12,555 nt of DNA from Promethearchaeota archaeon. GTDB taxonomy: Archaea > Asgardarchaeota > Hermodarchaeia > Hermodarchaeales > Hermodarchaeaceae. The stretch lies in the NCBI GenBank assembly GCA_048939245.1, contig JBHLPR010000067.1, positions 1 to 12,555 of the forward strand, in the 5' to 3' direction. Positions 7,083-12,555 of the stretch are shown piece after piece. Made by a program: the position numbers and the translations under genes. The notes under the pieces are model-generated. The model saw nothing but the letters and a program-made list of their open reading frames with translations, searched no databases and was not told the origin of the DNA. The number at the start of each line of letters is the position of its first letter. Positions within the stretch are counted from its first letter, which is position 1.

Positions 7083-8339
7083 TTAGTCATTCTCTGAGTC
7101 CGCAGGCGCGCGTCTTTCACGAATTTGTAAGAATGTCTCAATAATTATGGGAATTGCTACAAGGACGCCTGCAAGGATATTTCCAATGATGAGTATTTCT
7201 TCGAAGGTTAATGGAAAAACTGATCCAAGCGGCCGTTGATGGTCAATCGCGGGGATGATGTAATCTTCCATAATAGTAGTGTAGGATGCATCCTCATATT
7301 CTGCTGTAAAGACCACAACAAGATTATGTTCCGGAACCACATTGATTTGTTGACCGTTATATCCGATTGCCAAATAGGTGTCTATTGGCAAATTGAGCCA
7401 CCATTGATATCCGTACCCAACGGTATCACTATCGTTGTAGGGGGCGACATGGTTTGCTGTTGATTCATTAACCCAAGACGCAGGAATTAATTCTTCGTTT
7501 TCCCAATTGCCATTATTCAGATATAAAAAACCAAACTTTGCCATATCTCGTGGGCTCAGATGTAGATTCGAGCCTCCAAAGACCACACCCTGCGGGTCTG
7601 TCTCCCATTCGTACTCCATGATTCCAAGAGGTGAGAAGAGATGACTATCGGCATATGCAAGCGTAGTATTGCCAACAGTTTGGTTAACAATCATGGACAA
7701 AAGATGAGATCCTCCGGAATTGTAATCCCACACTTCTCCAGGAGTATCTCGCATAGGCTGATCTAGGACATATTGACCCCAATCAGCGCTCTCAGTCATA
7801 TGGGTGAAACTGCTAGCCGGTCCATACGGCCATTCATACCAGGCAAGTCCCGAGGTCATTGTGAGAAGGTGTTGTATGGTGATTGCTTCCTTTTCGATGG
7901 TGAGGTTGGCTATAGTTCGGGAGGGGAAGAAACTGACCATGGTTTCATTGATGCCTGAAATATGCCCCTGAGCAATGGCTATGCCAATCAATGCCGAGGT
8001 AACACTTTTCGTACAAGAAAAAATATTGGATTGCTGATTGGGACCATATGCCGGGTCATAATAGGATTCCCATACAATGTAGCCGTTTCGAATAATGAGA
8101 ATTGAACGGATCAGACTTCCCCATGATAATTGCTGAATATAAGCCTGCATTGCTTGAAGTTGTGATGAACTCATACCCTGTGCTTCCGGGCTTGTAGAAC
8201 GCCAGCCATCCGTGGGCCAGTATTCGGGGAAGGCAGTTGTCTTCGTGAATGTGTGCTTGTCCCTAAAGAGCGGAGGTATCACGGCTAATAGCATTAACGC
8301 GAAAGCTATTGCGAAAGAAAGCTTTGTTCTGGAATGCAT
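7083..8339 (-). CDS. Serine hydrolase, beta-lactamase class C/peptidase S12-like, secreted with C-terminal membrane anchor
   Basis: SxxK motif FSCTKS, LLTMTSG, YxN-like YNS, LSPRDMAKFG, GYGYQWW and AIGYNGQ. Hydrophobic N-terminal signal; C-terminal TM (ILIIGNILAGVLVAIPIII) followed by basic residues. Confidence 0.9.
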   Translation of the reverse strand: MHSRTKLSFAIAFALMLLAVIPPLFRDKHTFTKTTAFPEYWPTDGWRSTSPEAQGMSSSQLQAMQAYIQQLSWGSLIRSILIIRNGYIVWESYYDPAYGPNQQSNIFSCTKSVTSALIGIAIAQGHISGINETMVSFFPSRTIANLTIEKEAITIQHLLTMTSGLAWYEWPYGPASSFTHMTESADWGQYVLDQPMRDTPGEVWDYNSGGSHLLSMIVNQTVGNTTLAYADSHLFSPLGIMEYEWETDPQGVVFGGSNLHLSPRDMAKFGFLYLNNGNWENEELIPASWVNESTANHVAPYNDSDTVGYGYQWWLNLPIDTYLAIGYNGQQINVVPEHNLVVVFTAEYEDASYTTIMEDYIIPAIDHQRPLGSVFPLTFEEILIIGNILAGVLVAIPIIIETFLQIRERRAPADSEND

Positions 8340-8503
8340 TAGGGGCTGGCTCCTATCTGGGCTTTTGTGTCTTCATCAAAAGTTGTTTCTTATATGCTAA
8401 TTGTATATGGCAAGAATCCTCGTGTGATATGGTGCAATAATTGTTAATGAGATGCTATTTGGGGTGTTATTTTCTCGTTGTATGGCTGTATTTATCCCTC
8501 ATA

Positions 8504-8519
8504 CCGATACATTTATATC
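8504..8519 (+). promoter_or_regulatory. Archaeal BRE-TATA promoter candidate for small ORFs A-C
   Basis: CCGATACA-TTTATAT (TATA 8512-8518). The predicted start near 8541 coincides with hairpin TCCCG (8542-8546)/CGGGA (8556-8560). Confidence 0.55.
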
Positions 8520-8579
8520 ATAGTGTTAGATACTAATCTCATCCCGTAAGAATGTCGGGACATATGGTGGTAAGAAATA

Positions 8580-8717
8580 ATGTCGAAGAGAAAAATCAAC
8601 TTCGCTCGCATCGGAGTCGGTGAGCGATCAGCTCTCGGATGTCGCAATCCGCATCCAACCCCGAATTTCCAGCGAGCTTTCAAAATCATGGCCTCTCGTC
8701 GAGGCTCAAAGTGGTAA
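8580..8717 (+). CDS. Small basic peptide A, 45 aa: MSKRKINFARIGVGERSALGCRNPHPTPNFQRAFKIMASRRGSKW
   Basis: GGTGGT SD 8 nt before ATG. Apparent paralog of peptide D, sharing [IL]Nxx[RK][IV]xVxE and CRNP. Confidence 0.65.
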   Translation: MSKRKINFARIGVGERSALGCRNPHPTPNFQRAFKIMASRRGSKW

Positions 8718-8751
8718 AAGTCGAATACACGAATAAAAAGTGGTGATAATA

Positions 8752-8835
8752 ATGGTAACTAAATATCGAAATCTCCGTCACAACGGCTCCAATAAGAATT
8801 ACTTTGTTTACTCCTTAGTCTTCGTTCGAAGGTAA
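8752..8835 (+). CDS. Small basic peptide B, 27 aa: MVTKYRNLRHNGSNKNYFVYSLVFVRR
   Basis: GGTGA SD (8742-8746) 5 nt before ATG. N-terminus matches peptide C; C-terminal LVFVRR-stop matches peptide D LLFQRR-stop. Confidence 0.55.
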   Translation: MVTKYRNLRHNGSNKNYFVYSLVFVRR

Positions 8836-8883
8836 GATGAGTTATGCAATACAGTGGTTGTGGTGAGGGGATCAACATTCATG

Positions 8884-9093
8884 ATGGTGTCACGAATTCG
8901 GGTCTTCCGGAATAATGGCGCTAAACGCATCCGTTGTCTACCCAGTAGGCCCACAACTCTGGATAGCGCTCTTCTAAAGCACCATCCCCTCATTCCTCTT
9001 GGCCAGTATTTTCCGGAAGGCCCATTACTCCCTTATTTTCCTGTGTTTTTCTATCAATCCAATAACGGAATTTTAGTGAGCAGTCCATCATGA
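8884..9093 (+). CDS. Small peptide C, 69 aa, starting MVSRIRVFRNNGAKRIRCLPSRP
   Basis: GGTGAGGGG (8862-8870) upstream of ATGATG at 8881/8884. The first 15 aa align with peptide B. The 3' half crosses a pyrimidine-rich tract and is less certain. Confidence 0.45.
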   Translation: MVSRIRVFRNNGAKRIRCLPSRPTTLDSALLKHHPLIPLGQYFPEGPLLPYFPVFFYQSNNGILVSSPS

Positions 9094-9298
9094 TGTTTTT
9101 TGGTGGTTTTCTTTCAGGGATCGCTGATTTATTTTCATCATGGATGCTAAGTTCTGCTTGATGTTGTCTTCGGCAACCCCCCCACACTTATTTGCCACTG
9201 CGCTTTTGGTCTCTCCCTCCAAAACTCGCGACATCATTACGGTCTTAGCGTCCTCTTTTTACTTCGTGTATGGTCTTCTTTTTGGTGGTGAGAAATGA

Positions 9299-9312
9299 AT
9301 AAGGTTTTTAAA
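9299..9312 (+). promoter_or_regulatory. BRE-TATA promoter candidate for peptide D
   Basis: ATAAGG-TTTTTAAA, the same style as AAAGG-TTTTTAT at 9661. Palindrome TTAACA-G-TGTTAA (9324-9336) lies between the TATA and the predicted start site. Confidence 0.6.
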
Positions 9313-9335
9313 CCAGAAGGCACTTAACAGTGTTA

Positions 9336-9404
9336 ACTTGTTGGTGCTTCCATAAGGCGACAAAAAAGGTAGCCAAATCGCTCTAAACTCTGAAGCAACC
9401 AAGT
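9336..9404 (+). other. Structured 5' leader (long hairpin) of the peptide D transcript
   Basis: TTGGTGCTTC (9341-9350) pairs with GAAGCAACCAA (9392-9402) with one bulge. Alternative register ACTTG (9336-9340)/CAAGT (9400-9404). Inner helix GGCGA (9356-9360)/TCGCT (9378-9382). Confidence 0.45.
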
Positions 9405-9421
9405 GCTAAGGGGTGGTAAAT

Positions 9422-9568
9422 ATGGTCCGATACCAACTCAACAAATGTAAAGTTCCCGTCTCTGAAGATGATCGTACAAAAACATCCCCTGGACTTGCAG
9501 AATGCCGAAACCCAAAGGCACTCAACAAGAGCCCATGGGAAGAAGCGCTCCTCTTTCAACGACGGTAA
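9422..9568 (+). CDS. Small peptide D, 48 aa: MVRYQLNKCKVPVSEDDRTKTSPGLAECRNPKALNKSPWEEALLFQRR
   Basis: GGGGTGGT SD (9410-9417), flanked by its own promoter and terminator. CRNP motif shared with peptide A. Confidence 0.65.
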   Translation: MVRYQLNKCKVPVSEDDRTKTSPGLAECRNPKALNKSPWEEALLFQRR

Positions 9569-9590
9569 AAAAAACAGGTTCATTCTATAT

Positions 9591-9646
9591 GGGGATCGAT
9601 AACCAATTGCTGGTCCCCCCAATTCTTTCTTTTCATACTCCTTTTT
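9591..9646 (+). terminator. Hairpin plus U-rich terminator after peptide D
   Basis: GGGGATC (9591-9597)/GGTCCCC (9612-9618), followed by TTCTTTCTTTT and CTTTTT. Confidence 0.6.
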
Positions 9647-9659
9647 ACGTGAGTCAATA

Positions 9660-9695
9660 GAAAGGTTTTTATCACAACTTGAGATAATTTTCTCA
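9660..9695 (+). promoter_or_regulatory. BRE-TATA promoter of the DUF362 gene with downstream palindrome TGAGA-N6-TCTCA
   Basis: GAAAGG-TTTTTAT (TATA 9666-9672). TGAGA 9680-9684 / TCTCA 9691-9695 sits in a repressor position. Confidence 0.55.
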
Positions 9696-9741
9696 CAGCA
9701 TTAGAATACTTATCGTTGTCATCTAACAACAGGTGAAGTCA

Positions 9742-10941
9742 TTGACCTCAAAAGTCTATTACGGCTCCATTCAGCAAGGGCGTGACCATCCCTTCGCCGC
9801 CCTCGGAACGAAGTTTAACAAACTTCTCGAACACCTCGATTTCTCTACCATAAAAAAACACGACAAAGTCGCCATCAAAATGCATCTCGGCTTTGCTGAT
9901 GGCTACCAAACCGTCCCGGTCTTTTTTGTCCGACGCGTCGTCAAAGCTGTCAAGGAAGCTGGTGGCTGGCCTTTCATCACCGACAACCCCACAGCCGTTT
10001 ACAATGCTGTAGATAGAGGTTATACTCAAGAAACCTGTGGTTGTCCGCTAATTCCCGTTGCCGGCGTAAAAGACGGATATACGAAGACCATGAAAATTAA
10101 TTTTAAAAAAGTCAAAGAATTGGAAATGGGCGGCGTAATCTATGACGCGGATGCCCTCATCGACCTCACCCACGCCAAAGGTCATGCCAATTGTGGCTAT
10201 GGCGGTGCCATCAAAAACATCGCCCTCGGTGGTTATTCCGGACCCACACGATGGAATCGCATTCATGGGGTCGAAAATGTCGGTCGTTGGTATGATCCCA
10301 AAAAATGCTCACCCGAACATGCTCAAATACTTGTCGAAGCCTGCCCCTATAATGCGCTCTCCTATGACAAAGAAAAAGATAAACTCAACATAATGCGATT
10401 TCGCTGCCACTATGACAACTGCACCGAATGCATCAAAGCTGACAAAGATGTAGGTTGTCTCAATCTCCAACCCAAACAGTTTGAAGCCTTTCAAGAAATG
10501 ATGGCCATTGCTGCCAAACAAGTTCTTGAAACCTTCGATAAAAACAAACGTTTCTACATTAACGTCGCCTTAGACATCACACCTCATTGTGATTGCATGG
10601 GTATGATTCAACCGGCTATAGTACCGAATATTGGAATCTTGGCTAGTCGAGATATTGTTGCTGTTGAACAAGCCACTCTCGATTTAATAGCCAAAAAAGG
10701 ATTACTGGAGAGTGAAATTCCTCCGTATTTCAAACATGCGAATCTTGATCCGGAAGCGGATCTTCATCCGTTTCAGCGGTTATGGGGTCCGTATAAGGAT
10801 CCATATGGAGTAACGAACCATGCTGAACAAATGGGTATGGGCTCGCGTAAATATAAACTGGTTGAAGTGCTTGCTGCGAAGAAGACTTTGAAAATGGATC
10901 CACCGAAACAAGAATTCGAAAGAATGCCATCATTTTACTAA
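9742..10941 (+). CDS. DUF362-domain iron-sulfur protein, 399 aa
   Basis: KVAIKMHLG, GGWPFITD, LTHAKGH..GYGGAIKNIALG, DITPHCDC and NIGILASRDIVAVEQA, with a Cys-rich ferredoxin-like insert. The listed GTG 9733 is part of the GGTGA SD, so TTG 9742 (MTSKVYY) is preferred. Confidence 0.88.
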   Translation: MTSKVYYGSIQQGRDHPFAALGTKFNKLLEHLDFSTIKKHDKVAIKMHLGFADGYQTVPVFFVRRVVKAVKEAGGWPFITDNPTAVYNAVDRGYTQETCGCPLIPVAGVKDGYTKTMKINFKKVKELEMGGVIYDADALIDLTHAKGHANCGYGGAIKNIALGGYSGPTRWNRIHGVENVGRWYDPKKCSPEHAQILVEACPYNALSYDKEKDKLNIMRFRCHYDNCTECIKADKDVGCLNLQPKQFEAFQEMMAIAAKQVLETFDKNKRFYINVALDITPHCDCMGMIQPAIVPNIGILASRDIVAVEQATLDLIAKKGLLESEIPPYFKHANLDPEADLHPFQRLWGPYKDPYGVTNHAEQMGMGSRKYKLVEVLAAKKTLKMDPPKQEFERMPSFY

Positions 10942-10956
10942 AATCATACGAAACTA

Positions 10957-10995
10957 GGGACTCAGGGCTTAGGCCCTTAGGGTTCTCTTTTTTTT
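10957..10995 (+). terminator. Stem-loop plus T8 terminator
   Basis: GGGACTC-AGGGC-ttag-GCCCT-ta-GGGTTCT followed by C and TTTTTTTT (10988-10995). Confidence 0.75.
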
Positions 10996-11030
10996 CATCG
11001 AGCTGGGTGTATGTAGATGAACGTTTTGAA

Positions 11031-11047
11031 AAGAAGGATTTTTATAT
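11031..11047 (+). promoter_or_regulatory. BRE-TATA promoter candidate upstream of the proS leader
   Basis: AAGAAGGA-TTTTTATAT (TATA 11039-11047), predicting a start near 11070. Confidence 0.6.
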
Positions 11048-11070
11048 GTTTGATTAAGTGATGTCCGTAG

Positions 11071-11196
11071 AGGCTTGAGCAGATGATAGGTGTTCACTTT
11101 CCTAACGGACTACCAACCGTTTAAGACCACCCGCTCCCTTTTTACTGCTCAAAGTCTTCTAGTTCTATCATTCCAACATCAGTTGAGTGGTGGTTT
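11071..11196 (+). other. Structured proS 5' leader or small RNA containing uORF 11083-11124 (MIGVHFPNGLPTV)
   Basis: Four complementary pairs: 11075-82/11145-52, 11083-89/11165-71, 11104-08/11117-21 and 11124-36/11185-96. T5 tract at 11139-11143. Confidence 0.45.
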
Positions 11197-11213
11197 CAAA
11201 GGCAGGTGAAAGT

Positions 11214-12555
11214 ATGACCAAGAAATCCAAGAAGTCGCCGAAGAAAGAGAATGCAGACCAGGAGGAAATTGTCACTTTTCATTTTGATAAGGTCGACGAG
11301 TTTTCTACTTGGTTTACTGAAATCAACAAACGAGCTGAACTTTCCGACCAACGGTATGGTGTGAAAGGACTCGTTGTATTCCGTGCGTGGACAACGGTCA
11401 CATTGAAAATCATGTACCGGTTATTGGAAGAAGATTTAGAACGTCACGGGCATCTTCCAGTCATTTTCCCTGCCTTAGTCCCTGAAACAAATCTCCTCAA
11501 AGAAGCAGAGCATGTGGAAGGATTTGCTCCGGAAGTCTTTTGGTGTACACGTTCAGGGCAAGATAACGTCTTTGAAGAACCCCTTGCATTACGTCCAACT
11601 AGCGAATCGGCTATGTATCCCATGTACGCTCTTTGGATTCGAAGCTGGCGTGACCTTCCCTTCAAACGCTATCAAAGTGTAGCTATTTGGCGGTATGATA
11701 CCAAAATGACCCGCCCGTTCCTTCGTGCACGAGAATTCTACTGGATCGAAGCCCATGATGTGTTTGCTACCGCCAAAGAGGCTGAAGCCCAGGTACTCGA
11801 GGATTTAAAAATTACGAAGAATTTCGTTGAAGGACACCTAGCGATGCCTATAATTGTGCTCAAACGTCCGCAATGGGACAAATTCCCGGGAGCAGACTAT
11901 ACAGTTGCTGGAGAATCAATATTGCCGGATGGGCGCTTTATTCAAAATTCAACGAGTCACATGCTTGGCGATAACTTTGCTAAAGCCTATGGAGTGAAGT
12001 ATGTAGACGAAAATGAAGAGGAACAATTCGCTCAACAGACCTGTTTCGGTCCTGGAATCAGCAGGATGTATGGTGCTCTTATAATTATGCACGGTGACGA
12101 CGACGGCCTTATCCTCCCGTTTGAATTGGCTCCGGTACAGGTTGCTATCGTTCCGATTCCCAAGAAGGGGGCCAAGATAACTGTAGAGACACGGTGCCGT
12201 GAAATAGAGGAGATCCTTCGTAATGCTGGATTCAGAGTTTTCTTTGACAATACAGACAAGCGACCGGGTGATAAGTACTATCATTGGGAAATGCGCGGTG
12301 TTCCGTTACGGCTTGAAATAGGCAATCGGGAAGTGCAGAAAAAGACGGTGACCATCTTTCGGCGCGATTTACGAACCCGCGAGACCATTCAAGGAAAAGA
12401 GTTGGTCAAAGCTGTTAAGAAAAATGGAAGAGCTGTGACCAAGGAGCTGTGGCGCCGAGCAAAAGACCAATTTGATGGCGCCTTCCAAAACGCTGATACC
12501 TTCGAAGAAATCTGTGCAATTATTAACGACCACAAAGCTGCTCGTATTAATTTCT
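11214..12555 (+). CDS. proS: Proline--tRNA ligase, archaeal/eukaryote type; 3' truncated and absent from the ORF track
   Basis: GGTGA SD at 11205-11209, then ATG 11214: MTKKSKKSPKKE..FSTWFTEI..KEAEHVEGFAPEVFW..LALRPTSE..RSWRDLP..RYDTKMTRPFLRAREFYWIEAH..HGDDDGLILP..WEMRGVPLRLEIG. Open to the end of the window. Confidence 0.97.
   Translation, partial: MTKKSKKSPKKENADQEEIVTFHFDKVDEFSTWFTEINKRAELSDQRYGVKGLVVFRAWTTVTLKIMYRLLEEDLERHGHLPVIFPALVPETNLLKEAEHVEGFAPEVFWCTRSGQDNVFEEPLALRPTSESAMYPMYALWIRSWRDLPFKRYQSVAIWRYDTKMTRPFLRAREFYWIEAHDVFATAKEAEAQVLEDLKITKNFVEGHLAMPIIVLKRPQWDKFPGADYTVAGESILPDGRFIQNSTSHMLGDNFAKAYGVKYVDENEEEQFAQQTCFGPGISRMYGALIIMHGDDDGLILPFELAPVQVAIVPIPKKGAKITVETRCREIEEILRNAGFRVFFDNTDKRPGDKYYHWEMRGVPLRLEIGNREVQKKTVTIFRRDLRTRETIQGKELVKAVKKNGRAVTKELWRRAKDQFDGAFQNADTFEEICAIINDHKAARINF

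Noticed and set aside
101-8400. Short ORF-track entries overlapping the long genes (e.g. 101-295, 1321-1767, 3070-3405, 3721-4200, 5336-5761, 7236-7463)
   Set aside because: Antisense or off-frame shadows of well-supported genes, with no recognisable motifs.
8915-8977. Alternative-frame ORF MALNASVVYPVGPQLWIALF inside peptide C, faintly like the peptide D C-terminus
   Set aside because: No SD and similarity too short. A frameshift in C cannot be supported without homologues.
8540-9420. CRISPR array or tRNA suggested by recurring GTGGT words
   Set aside because: No regular repeat-spacer period and no cloverleaf; the words are explained as SD sites.
8808-9622. Minus-strand ORFs 8808-8993, 8990-9187 and 9383-9622
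   Set aside because: Antisense to the plus-strand peptide units, with no convincing SD or promoter; promoter and terminator signals point to the plus strand.
11081-11135. Resemblance to the fluoride (crcB) riboswitch (GATAGGTGTTCAC..AAC..GACCACC)
   Set aside because: P1 is mismatched, the conserved UAAUGA/CUGAUGA segment is missing and the downstream gene is unrelated to fluoride. A cmsearch would settle it.
11058-11152. C/D box sRNA (terminal stem, GTGATGT/ATGATAG C-like boxes)
   Set aside because: No CUGA D box at the 3' stem and the C boxes are imperfect.
9748-12284. Minus-strand ORFs within the DUF362 and proS genes
   Set aside because: Antisense shadows of conserved genes.

Overview
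Archaeal chromosomal window, most likely from an Asgard archaeon. This rests on the longin/roadblock protein, the IPGF-TM-basic sorting tail, GGTGA/GGTGG Shine-Dalgarno sites, BRE-TATA promoters and an archaeal/eukaryote-type ProRS; the lineage is inferred, not searched. Gene order: 3' end of a PGF-CTERM-type surface glycoprotein (+); MinD/ParA ATPase (-); longin-roadblock-2x winged-helix protein (-); MFS-like transporter fused to a helix-hairpin-helix domain (+); orphan gamma-class N6-adenine DNA methyltransferase (+); winged-helix regulator (+); membrane-anchored SxxK serine hydrolase (-); a ~1.4 kb 'intergenic' region; DUF362 Fe-S protein (+); proS (+, truncated). Three observations stand out. 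(1) The 'intergenic' region holds four small basic peptide ORFs with their own SD sites, promoters and 5' hairpins, sharing motifs written in synonymous codons (CRNP; MV[ST][KR]xRxxRxNG; [LV]FxRR-stop). Three are missing from the ORF track and the fourth appears there only with an upstream GTG start. (2) An NPRL2/Ragulator-like longin-roadblock-wHTH fusion sits next to a SIMIBI ATPase rather than a small GTPase. (3) proS has a ~140-nt structured leader with a Pro-containing uORF.
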